Notes under the pieces: generated by a model
What the model was told of the DNA's origin: nothing
The model's database searches: none
The model's input: only the letters and a program-made list of their open reading frames with translations
Position numbers and translations under genes: made by a program
In this document: piece by piece, positions 19,556 to 30,800 of the stretch
How the letters are laid out: every line of letters starts with the position of its first letter
Numbering within the stretch: the first letter of the stretch is position 1
Sequence record: NC_007409.1
DNA from: Bicaudavirus pozzuoliense
Reading direction: 5' to 3' (one strand)
DNA: 32,000 nucleotides

Positions 19556-19667
19556 AAACTCTTTTCTTTTTTCTTTTTACATAAAATGGGATTTAAGGGG
19601 CGGGAAACTTCGCAGGCGGGGAGGAGGTCAGTTTAAGGCGCATTTTCCAACAAAAAGCCTAGGTAGA

Positions 19668-19714
19668 ACAGCTGATTATCAATCTTTTTAACGGCATAGT
19701 TCAGTTGAGTTTGT
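19668..19714 (+). promoter_or_regulatory. Promoter/leader of the 362-aa paralogue
   Basis: acagctgattatcaatctttttaacggcatagttcagttgagtttg. Confidence 0.7.
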
Positions 19715-20801
19715 GGCAATGCAACCGTGGGAATACGTCTATAAATTACTAATGCCGGAGAAAGCGCCAACAGATTGGCAAAAAACCTTCACCAAAAATA
19801 TTTACTTAGCATTGGCTGTCCCACTAACCAAAGAATTCGAAGAGAAAATCGAAAAGGGGGATATAAAAGATCTGAAACTGCCAGTATACCCAGTCGCATT
19901 TGATGTACGATTTGACAGGAACGCATGGGTCAGAGAAACGGACATCCTTGATATTTTAACACGTTCAGGACTGTACGATAATGATTATGACTTTGTGACG
20001 CCAATAAATTATAACCCGAGGTCACTGAGATACTTAGATTTCGATAACTCAATTCCAGGATATTTTCCACTGGCAGATCTTGAATTGCATTTTAAAAGGG
20101 ATATTACTGCTAACCCAGAAGATTATGGCTTAAAGCCAATTGACGGTTACAAATGGGAGCTCGACCGTGATGGTAGCTACAAAGTAACAAGTGGGTCGCT
20201 ATTTAATGTCAGGGAAGCAAAAAATAGCGGTCGTTATAGTGTTCTTTTCTTAGATGACAATCCACGAAAGTTCAACATGCTTAATGGCTTTGGGATAGTG
20301 CGATTCTACATATCCCTGTGGGAGGCACCGGAAGAAGTCCGTGCAAAAGCCAAAGAAGAGTGCGAATCTGCTGGTGGAATTTATCAATATGATTACCCTG
20401 TTGCTTATTGTGTGCTTCCTCTAAATAAAAAAGAAGCTAATATAAAGGCTTCAGATTTTATCCTGCAACTAAATGAAATGGTAAAGTCCAAAATTACGTC
20501 AGAGGATTTCCTCAAGCATGTGATGGTATATCAACTTCCAGATGATATGGTGCATCAATTTCCAGGATCAGAACAAATTCCAGTAAAACCAGTAATTGGC
20601 AAAACTTTCCAGGAAATGGTTAAGGTAGCGGCGAAAGATCTTATTCTGGGAGGAGAAGAGAAAGAGCCGAAACAGGAAAGTCAAGAACAGCTGTTCAATC
20701 CATTTACTATAGATGAGATGCTTACAGAGGAGCAACAACAACAACAAGAAGAAGAAAATAACGCAACAGAAGAAGAGGGCGACACAGTAAAGCTCGGATA
20801 A
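19713..20801 (+). CDS. Third paralogue of the P653/P387 family (362 aa)
   Basis: GTG start (MAMQPWEYVYKLLMPEKAP...). Shares YGLKPIDGYKW, IPVKPVIGKTFQEMVKVA and EQLFNPFTIDEMLTEEQQQQ. Confidence 0.85.
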   Translation: MAMQPWEYVYKLLMPEKAPTDWQKTFTKNIYLALAVPLTKEFEEKIEKGDIKDLKLPVYPVAFDVRFDRNAWVRETDILDILTRSGLYDNDYDFVTPINYNPRSLRYLDFDNSIPGYFPLADLELHFKRDITANPEDYGLKPIDGYKWELDRDGSYKVTSGSLFNVREAKNSGRYSVLFLDDNPRKFNMLNGFGIVRFYISLWEAPEEVRAKAKEECESAGGIYQYDYPVAYCVLPLNKKEANIKASDFILQLNEMVKSKITSEDFLKHVMVYQLPDDMVHQFPGSEQIPVKPVIGKTFQEMVKVAAKDLILGGEEKEPKQESQEQLFNPFTIDEMLTEEQQQQQEEENNATEEEGDTVKLG

Positions 20802-20872
20802 AAACTCTTTTTACATAAAATGGGATTTAAGGGGCAGAAAACTTCGCAGGCGGGGAAGGTTAGAAGCGATCG

Positions 20873-21385
20873 TTAGGCTAACTTTTGAATCGACTGGAGC
20901 CCGTCCTCTTTCTTCAAGTACTCAATAAAGATTTGAATGTCTTTGAGTGACTCTTCGAGCATTGCTAAGGCTCTTTGTTTATCATATTCGGATTTGAAAG
21001 GATCGTTTCGAATCTGATTGTATCTGGCTTTTTTCTTCAATAGCGCTTCGTTAAGAAGGCCCAATAGAATGGGTTTAGGCAAATACAAAGGGAAATAATC
21101 TAGAACCACTTCGATCCCATTCCTTCCATTTAAATATTTTTTCACCTCCTCCAACACTGAGGGGACCTGAGACATTTTATGCGGGTATAGAAGACGGAAT
21201 AGTCTTGTGCTGACTGAAATGCCAGAAATTAAGAAACTTAAACGCGGGGGTATATCCTCGTTCCCGTCGAAATATTCCTCGATAATTCTAATTTTCTTAT
21301 CCTCCTCATACTTTGTCATCGAACGCCTTTTCGTAAACCTGCGAATTGAGATATTCAACAAATAAACCTTCTTGTAATCTACCAA
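20873..21385 (-). CDS. Hypothetical viral protein (170 aa)
   Basis: Intact charged ORF with a TATA-like box (ctttttaa) upstream. No recognised domain. Confidence 0.65.
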   Translation of the reverse strand: MVDYKKVYLLNISIRRFTKRRSMTKYEEDKKIRIIEEYFDGNEDIPPRLSFLISGISVSTRLFRLLYPHKMSQVPSVLEEVKKYLNGRNGIEVVLDYFPLYLPKPILLGLLNEALLKKKARYNQIRNDPFKSEYDKQRALAMLEESLKDIQIFIEYLKKEDGLQSIQKLA

Positions 21386-21452
21386 ATCTGTACCACAATT
21401 TAAATCAGAAATTGTAGGGGTTAAAAAGCGAACATGAAGTACAGCTGTTTTT

Positions 21453-23309
21453 TCAGCTTGCGAGGCTGATGAACGTCTTCGTCATTTCATCATCCATTTC
21501 CATTATTTTCTCCCCAGCATTCATTATCTCAGTAACTGTGTTGTCTAAGTTCTTGGATAAGCCTTTCGCTCTGTCTTCTATTTGTCTCTTCGCCTCTAAG
21601 ATTCCAGGCACTTTCATTCCGTATTGTTCTAGCAGAGGCGCGAACACTTCCCAGCCAGAGACCTCTGGTGCTCCATTGGAAATTGATTTGAGCGCATTGT
21701 TCTTAGCATCATTAACTACCTGCTCTATTACTTTTTGTACATCTGTCGATTTTAGATTATTAATAAACAGGCTTATTGCGTCTAGCAAGGTGAGGAATGG
21801 GACTTTGTATCCATTTTGATAACTAGATGTGGAACCGAAGTTTACTACTAGTTTAGACAAGCCAAGAATTAATGTCTTCCTCTCTTCAGGAGAGTCCGCT
21901 TCGTCCAACACCTTTCTATAAGACTCTAATAACTTTAGTAATTCCTCAAGCTTCTGGAGTGGGTTTCCGGACAGTTCACCGGTTTTCTCCCGTCCAACAT
22001 TTATTTTCCCATTCTTGTCTTTAGTCATAAGCCAGATACTGTATGATATGGGCTCAGGTCTCGTTAAGAACTCGACAATTTTCGGCAAAGAGCTAACTAA
22101 TGTCGGTTCTCTATTTTCGAATGGTTGTGCAAGTGGGATTTTCTTACCAAGGTTTTCTATTGCGTTTCTACTGGTGTCAAACATTTTCGATGCTTTGATG
22201 AAGGCCTCTGTTAGCAATCTATCGTTCAAGTAGTCCAGAATCACTTTGGTTGCGTCTGTATCTTCTTGTCCGCTCACAGCCTTATTCCATTCGTCCCTTA
22301 TCTTATCCCTAACGATCTTGAACGACTGAACGTCTACGGGGAGAGTGAAAAGCAACGCCAGAAGGTAGTCCAGATACGTCGGTTTTGTTGCACCACGCAC
22401 TAATGCTATCGATGCCGCTACATAATTTAACCTTTTACGTGCTCTAGTCGAAATGTGAGTATAGTCCTCGTCCGCGCTTCTATAGAAGGACTCGTAAGCG
22501 TCAGTATCCTTCAATGACGCAAGTATATCACCAATCACATAGTATACCTTCTTTAGGAGGTCTAACGCCTCCTTCGAATTGAAGAAATCGCGGACCATTT
22601 GGTCTAGAACTTTTCTCGTCTCCTCCACATCGTTGAGTGTTATTACCTTTTTCAGTTCTGGGTTCTCGCTAGCGCTCATCACTTGCATTGTTTCGTCAGC
22701 TAACTTATCGACATTGTCCATAATGAAGGGGATATCGAGAATGAAACCTCTTATGTTGAATCTATCTAGCAAAGCCAGATCTGAAGGATTTTCCAAGTCT
22801 ACTTTATTTGCCGCGGCATAGAACGCTATCCAGGGGAGCTTAATTTCCTTGCCGAAGACGTTTATCTTTTTTTCGTTTATCGCCCTCAGCAAGGTTGAAC
22901 GTACTTTTTCCGAAGTATAGAATATCTCATCTATGAACGCTACCTTTGCACTAGGCAAGAAGCCGTCAGTTTTTAAATCGAATCCTTCTCCATTCACAAG
23001 CTTTTGGATGTCTGGGACGCCGAAGATCTCGCTGGGGTCTGTGTATTCGCTCACCTGGACCACGAAAACATCCTTGTCGTTTAAGCCTTCAATCACCTTA
23101 GGCAATAATTCGATCAACATGGTTTTCGCGACTCCTCTATCTCCCACTAATAATGTCGGGAAGCCGGTCATTAGTCCTAATAACACAGCTGTCTTTGAAT
23201 CGTACCTACCAACTACTGCTTTGTCCAATTCATTCAGCATTTGTCCATATTTAGATGCTAAATTTTGTATTTTTTCTGAGATACCCTGTCCAGAAGGTTG
23301 CTGAGACAT
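21453..23309 (-). CDS. MoxR-family AAA+ ATPase (matches ATV P618)
   Basis: Walker [16 protein letters not shown], Walker [12 protein letters not shown], '[11 protein letters not shown]' and 'LLDRFNIRG' signature region. Exactly 618 aa. Confidence 0.92.
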
Positions 23310-24935
23310 CGAAATTGTTTGTGCGAAAAAACTTTTAAATTAGTTAGGCTGACTTCCTCCCGTCAGCGAGTGTTGTCGTTTGGTTTTTTAACGATTTCTC
23401 CTTCCAACTCCCTCATGGAACCGAAAAAAAGCTTCAATTTCCTTGTCTTCGTCGTTGCACTTTCCTACATTTTTTCTCTATATCAAGTTCTTGCGTTGAC
23501 ACCAGAGGGCATAATCCTATATGCATTGCTTTTCCTACTTAACTTCGTATTCGCCTTCGTTGTCAATGACACCGCCATAGCAATTAAATATCTCTTCGTA
23601 TTGATGGCCATGCGTGCCATTAACCTAATTTACTCTCTACCTCTCGATGAAGACGCTATCCGAATGTTCGCAGGATATAGACTACTTCATGGCGTGAATC
23701 CTTATCTTCCTATGCCGACAGTGTTCAATCACTACGATGTGCCTATTGGGCTTAGAACGTTAACGGAGTATGGTGGGTTTGTGGAGAGGCTAATCTACCC
23801 TGGGCTTTCAGTGTTCGCTGGCGTTGCAGAGTACGCATTAGGGTACGTCATATTTAACGTGGTCATTTACGTTACATTCATCTTAATTTCATACGTCTTC
23901 TTAAGGAACAAATCTACCGAGGCCCTTATTTTCGCTGTACTCTGGCTCCTCTTCGGTGGCGTGAATCTGGCGACATTGTTACTGACTGTAGGTATCTTAT
24001 TGAGAAAATACAACGGGTTTTTCGTTGGCCTTGCCATTTCATATAATCAGCTGTACACCTTGATAGCGCCCTTCCTCGTCATTTATTATCTTGCAGAAGG
24101 GAAGAAGGAAGTGCTAAGACAGGTCGCTTATGCACTCTTCGGCTTCCTCATCACCAACGTACCCTTTATGGTGTGGGACTTCAAGCTCTGGTTCTCAGCT
24201 ATGCTTTATAGCGTTTCCCAACCAATCGTACCGATAGGCTTCTCTATCTCTAGAGAAACATACATGGGGTTCTTCCCTATACCGTTCAAGGTCTATGAGT
24301 ACCTTTTCATCACCATGTATATAGCGTCGATAGTCATTTACGCCATAATGTTCAAGATAGTGGCGAAATGGGCTTACGTATTCCCAGCGATTTCGATGAT
24401 CGCTTATCCGAGAACACTACTCGGTTACATTACCTCATGGTTACCGCCAGCGTTCTTTTTCTTTTTCACGAGAACAGAGGGGAATGTAAAAGTGGCTAAA
24501 TTAAAACCGTTAGGAACAGCTGTTCTTATCGCAATTATGATCATGCCAATCTTCGTCCCCGCCCTCACCAGCACAGACGTTAATACACCTTTCACCTTCA
24601 AAGTGACCAAAGTTTACGTTGGTACTTATGGGAATGTGTATAAGATGAGTATAAACGCCACTGTTTATTCCCCCACAGTGAAGAATATAACGTTCGTCGT
24701 CATCCCGGACTTTTATCCATTTTACAATACATATCTTTGGTGGAGTACGGTGAACGTGACGGTAGGACAAAATTATTTCAACATAACCCCACTAGCGCCG
24801 TCGCAGGAAATAGGATTTAATAATGCAACATACACGGTGGTTGGCGTGTACGGCCCATACTATTATTTTGTCACGTTAGTTCTAGTAAGTAATGGCACAA
24901 TGTTCTCAAACTTCACCTACACACCCAAAGAATGA
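23298..24935 (+). CDS. Polytopic membrane protein, possible GT-C superfamily glycosyltransferase
   Basis: ~10 hydrophobic segments. '[23 protein letters not shown]' followed by '[11 protein letters not shown]' resembles the GT-C acidic loop, 'G.NPY' and 'YPP' motifs. Annotated start is TTG overlapping the MoxR gene; the ATG at 23415 (MEPKKSFNF) is a more natural start. Confidence 0.75.
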
Positions 24936-24953
24936 GGGTTAAGGGAGTAGAAA

Positions 24954-24970
24954 GGGGGTGGATAGCCCCC
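24954..24970. other. Candidate left-end hairpin of the TnpB element
   Basis: ggggg-tggatag-ccccc, 5-bp stem with 7-nt loop, 38 bp upstream of the TnpB start codon. Confidence 0.35.
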
Positions 24971-25007
24971 TTATAGATTTAAAAACTTCTTTTTCTACCA
25001 ATCTTCA

Positions 25008-26213
<1,206 letters not shown>

Positions 26214-26250
26214 ATTATGTTTTTAAACTTTCTATCAAGATTCCCTGGGT

Positions 26251-26829
26251 ATGGTTAGGATCATTGCAATGGGCCAAAGCCCTCTTTGTAATTTCATAAA
26301 AGAACAATTAAAAATGAATATAATAGTGTACCCAGAGTTTTTCGATAATAAGAAATTATTACTGCAACGAAGAGTGAGAGATTATATAATCTCTCTATTG
26401 AGAAATTATAGGAAAATACGTTATGCGCTATATCCTGACTATTATTATCGCGACATAAATCTACCAGCTGAAATTACAGAAAAAATAACATTCATTTACC
26501 CTGTGCATTCAAAAAATGAGGTAGAGTTTATTGCAAAACTGAAATCTAAATACAATATAATACCAGGGTTTGCATCAGACAGTAGGTATAGGGACTATGA
26601 TATTTACTGGTTTGTTAACACGTTTAGAGAGGAAAAATGGTATCTCGGGATCTCAACGTGGAGGGAGCTAAGAGAGGCCAAAAGGTTTGAATTTTATGGT
26701 GGTGACATTACAGGATTCGTTTTAGGAAACCACGAAGATAGAAAAAACCCTGAGGTGTTGCGCAGAAAGCTGAAAGAAATAATAGAATACGTTAGTAGGC
26801 CACAAGGTAAGCAGTTAACTTTATTCTAA
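26251..26829 (+). CDS. Hypothetical protein, 192 aa; alpha/beta, TGT/DpdA-like barrel is one possibility
   Basis: Alternating strand motifs RYALYPDY, ITFIYPVHSK, NIIPGFASD, WYLGIST, GGDITGFVLG. C-terminal KQLTLF. Confidence 0.7.
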   Translation: MVRIIAMGQSPLCNFIKEQLKMNIIVYPEFFDNKKLLLQRRVRDYIISLLRNYRKIRYALYPDYYYRDINLPAEITEKITFIYPVHSKNEVEFIAKLKSKYNIIPGFASDSRYRDYDIYWFVNTFREEKWYLGISTWRELREAKRFEFYGGDITGFVLGNHEDRKNPEVLRRKLKEIIEYVSRPQGKQLTLF

Positions 26830-26848
26830 AAAACACAATGAAAGATAA

Positions 26849-27829
26849 CTAACTTTTCCTCTTTAGATATATTTCTCCTTCTATTTTTATGAGCCTCCCA
26901 TTCTCTTTCTTGTACACCTCAATGGATTTAGGCACTGCCGTTACGCTTCCGCTTTTCAGCTCCTCAATGAACTCAGAAAACAGCTGTTCATCTTGGTTCT
27001 CAGCCTCTTCCTCTTCTGTGCCTAGGCCCATTTGCTCTAACGCTTCATTCAATTCTTCTTTGCTTCTAATGAGTTCTTCTTCGTTTCCGTCAACTCCTCT
27101 ATAAAAGCTCTCTAAATCGCCGTTGTCTTCTTGCTCTGTTGTTGGCACGGAGGTGACTGAAGAAGCAAACTTCTCAGCTTCGGCGAACTGTTTCAATAAA
27201 GCCGGCTCTGCCTCTACTTGTAATAGTAACCTCTCACTCCTCAATATCTCTAACTTCTTTTCCTCTGGTAACTGCTTGAAGTAATCGTAGAACTCTTTAA
27301 TGCTAAGATAGAACTGTAGGAGAAGCTGAGGGTCTAGCTGGTATTTTGCCAAAAGCTCGAAAAGCTCTGGCGCTTCAGACTGTAGAATTTCGACAGCTCT
27401 CATTTTCGGTTCTAAATTCTTTATCCTAATGTTCTCCTGCTTCAACTCCTTATCCAGCTTTTTGACCGCTTCTTTTGGTGAAAGACCAGTAGACAAGTAT
27501 TTTTGGTACAGCTGTTCTATCTGCTCATGTGTTAAATGCCTCCTGATAACATTTAGCTGAATTGCACTCCTCATTCTCTCTTCTGGGCTGTCAAAAATGT
27601 AGACAATTACAGGGACTTCTTTTATGCCAAGCTCTTTAGCTATTCTCACACGTGTGTAACCGTCTATTACGAAACCGTTCTGATCTATGATGACAGGATA
27701 GAGGAAACCGTATTTTTGAATTTCATTCTTTATCTTATCACTCATTGTATTTTCAGGAATGAGTTTAGATAGCTCTTCATCTATTTTCAAATCATCTACA
27801 CTTTTTGTGAAATAACCACCGAATTTCAT
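26849..27829 (-). CDS. ParB/Srx N-terminal domain protein (matches a 326-aa ATV ORF)
   Basis: 'MSDKIKNEIQKYGFLYPVIIDQNGFVIDGYTRVRIAKELGIKEVPVIVY' followed by 'RRHLTHEQIEQLYQKYL', the typical ParB-like nucleotidase/CTPase-fold box and linker. Confidence 0.85.
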   Translation of the reverse strand: MKFGGYFTKSVDDLKIDEELSKLIPENTMSDKIKNEIQKYGFLYPVIIDQNGFVIDGYTRVRIAKELGIKEVPVIVYIFDSPEERMRSAIQLNVIRRHLTHEQIEQLYQKYLSTGLSPKEAVKKLDKELKQENIRIKNLEPKMRAVEILQSEAPELFELLAKYQLDPQLLLQFYLSIKEFYDYFKQLPEEKKLEILRSERLLLQVEAEPALLKQFAEAEKFASSVTSVPTTEQEDNGDLESFYRGVDGNEEELIRSKEELNEALEQMGLGTEEEEAENQDEQLFSEFIEELKSGSVTAVPKSIEVYKKENGRLIKIEGEIYLKRKS

Positions 27830-27891
27830 TGAGAGAGATGGTACTGTGGGAGATTAAAAAACATAACGGGGTAGAAAAAAGATTTTTAAAC

Positions 27892-30800
27892 TCAGTCCTG
27901 ACTCCTCGAAGCCCAGAGCCCAATTATGATGATTATCAACGCACCGACTACCGTTCCATACACTACACTCGTAGGAATGCCGATTACGATCAAGAAGGGC
28001 GCTACGAAGAATATATAGATTATTGAACCCATGCCAGCGAACTTCGGCACGCTTCTAACTGCTAGAGATATGAAGAACGAACCAGCAAAAAGCAGGAACA
28101 AAGGCAGGGCATAGATTGGTGGTAGAACAGCTGATATAGCATTCCTCAGCGAGAGTACGTTCACGTTGTTAGCAGAAATTGGTATGGTAACAGTGTGATT
28201 GCCGTAAGATATGATCACGTTCTCATCCCCATTAACTAAAGGCACTTGGAACGTTTGCCCAGGCTCTATTGTGAAGCTCTTAATAACAGTACCGTTGGTG
28301 TACTCTATCGTAACGTTAAGTGGAGTTGTTATGGCGGAAGTCACATAAGAGCTGATGTACACTCCTGTGGAGTTAACGCTAGTAGAGAAAAGCACCGAAC
28401 CGTTAGGCGTGGACAGAGCAGGATGGAAGAGTAACGGCACGTGGACATATACAGAGCCATTTAAAACTACTTGGATAGTGTTAGGACTGGTAGATATAGA
28501 CGACGATGACGATGATGAGGAGGAAGACGATGGTGGTGTTGGTGTTGTCGAAGATGGCGGAGTAGTAGACGCAGACAGCTGTGTTTGTGCTCCCTTGAAC
28601 GTAAACGTATTAGTGCCAGACATCCCTATGATACCTGGGGGCGTATAAGTAAACGAAGGATTAGTGTAAGTTGCAGGATAGCCATATAGAGAGAGAATTT
28701 GAGCATCAGCTGTAATACTAAAACCATTACTTAACGCATTGAAAGAAACGTAAGGAGCTGGCATTAGGACTAAGACTGGGCTTTGCGGAGTAGTGTTCAT
28801 GTAGAGAAATGTAGAGAAGACAGTGTTTGCACCGGGCATATAGCCAGAGAAGACGCTGAGACCTTTGGGCACAGCTGTATTATTCACCAGAACTGTCGTG
28901 GTGTTCATGAAATATGGGTATGCATATTGCGAACCGACGAAACCCTGCGCATAGGATGGAGAGACTAAAACAAAGGGGCTTGATCCTTGAGATATAGAGA
29001 AGTATGAGACGTAGAAAAGATTCTGAGTGTCAACTCTTATGGCAACATAGCCGATCTGAGACCAAGGAAATGGTGTGTTTACATTAAGCGTATATGCCGT
29101 AGAATTGATATACACAGTACTAATAGTCACGTTTCCTGCACTATTTTCCGTGAAGGTGACAGTGAACGTGAAGGGATAAGCTGTTGAGGGTGTAGGATAT
29201 GCTGACGACCGCAATTCAACCCAGTTCGCATTTGTCCCATGATACCAGATGTTGCCACTGAATGTTACCAAGAGCGCTAGGAAGCCACTAGCGTAATCAT
29301 ATGGTTGATCCCCAATATTTGGCGAGTATATCGAAATGCCAGGGTTGTACTGTATCCCAGAAGGATAGCTAGTTATGTGGATTGTCACATTCATTGTGTT
29401 ACTTGACGGAGTGTAACGCCAAGCGACGTATTGGGACGAACACGCCGCGGCGACGTCCAACACTAATTGACCGTTCTGCCAATAAGGCAATGTCTTCCAG
29501 CTAGTGGATTCCACCATCGGTATTACAGGAACTATACCCTCGCTCACCGCCATTTGTGGGTACAAGAAGAGTGGTGTATTACCACTATACGCACCTATGC
29601 TCGGTATTACCATGTATGTAGATGTGCTAATGATGGGATATTGTGTGGTTACCTGAGATGGAGAAGACACAGTAACGAGTGGTAGGGTAGCCTGGGAATA
29701 AACAATGGGTGCTTGAGAAACGTAAACGTCATAGGAGATTGGATAGGGAAAGATCGCCATATACACGGTGCCCGTATAAGGCGTGTTAGTGTATGGGTTT
29801 GTGACTAGCTCGTAAGCATACAGCTGTTGTGTGGTAGAGAAGTATGAGACGTAGAAGAGATTCGAAGGGTCACCTCTTATGCCAATATAACCAATCTGAG
29901 ACCAAGGAAATGGTGTGTTAAAATTGAGTGTATATGCCGTTGAGTTGATGTACACAGTACTGACAGTCACATTTCCTGCACTGTTTTCCGTGAAGGTGAC
30001 AGTGAAGGTGAATGGATAAGCTGTCGAAGGTGTAGGAAACGCTGATGACTTCAACAAAACGAACCCATTTAGCCCATGATACCAGATGTTGCCATTGAAC
30101 GCTACCAAGAGCGATAGGAAGCCACTGACCTCATCATATGGTTGGTCCCCAACATTCGGTGAGAATATCTCAATGCCAGGATTGTCCCCGCTGGGTATTC
30201 CAGAAGGAAAACTGGTTATGTGGATTGTCACATTTATTGTATTTCCTACTGGTGTGTAACGCCAAGCGATGTATTGCGACCCGGACGCCCCGGTGACGTT
30301 AAACACTAATTGTCCATTCTGCCAATAAGGCAATGTCTTCCAGTCAGTGGACTCTACGCTATTGACAAACGGTGACGGAGATACTGCGAAGTACGAGACG
30401 TAGAAAAGATCATAGCAACTTGTTATGCCAATATAACCAATCTGAGACCACGGGAACGGAGTGTTCAAATTCACCGTGTGTGCCGTCGAATTGATGTACA
30501 CAGTGCTGACAGTCACATTGCCTGCACTATTTTCCGTGAAGGTGACAGTGAAGGTGAATGGATAAGCTGTCGAAGGTGTAGGATATGCTGACGACTTCAA
30601 CAAATCGCACCCACTAATCCCACTTATCCCGTGATACCAGATGTTGCCATTGAAGGTTACCAAGAGCGCTAGGAAACCACTGGCCTGAGCATATGGTTGG
30701 TTTCCGACATTCGGTGAGAATATCTCAATACCAGGATAGGTCCCACCGGATATCCCACTAGGCCAACTGGTTATGTGGATCGTCACATTAAATGTGTTAC

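Noticed and set aside
10403-20694. ACAGCTGT at 10403 and 20687 (and 16596/17025) as independent occurrences
   Set aside because: These pairs lie in homologous QLFNPF or TQLSS coding repeats, so they should be down-weighted when testing enrichment. The signal remains strong without them.
24510-24770. Cys-rich 86-aa minus-strand ORF
   Set aside because: Antisense to the membrane protein C-terminal region, with no spaced Cys motif matching a known zinc finger.
28355-28648. Plus-strand 97-aa and other ORFs opposite the 1345-aa gene
   Set aside because: Shadow ORFs over S/T/P-rich linker coding sequence; no independent support.
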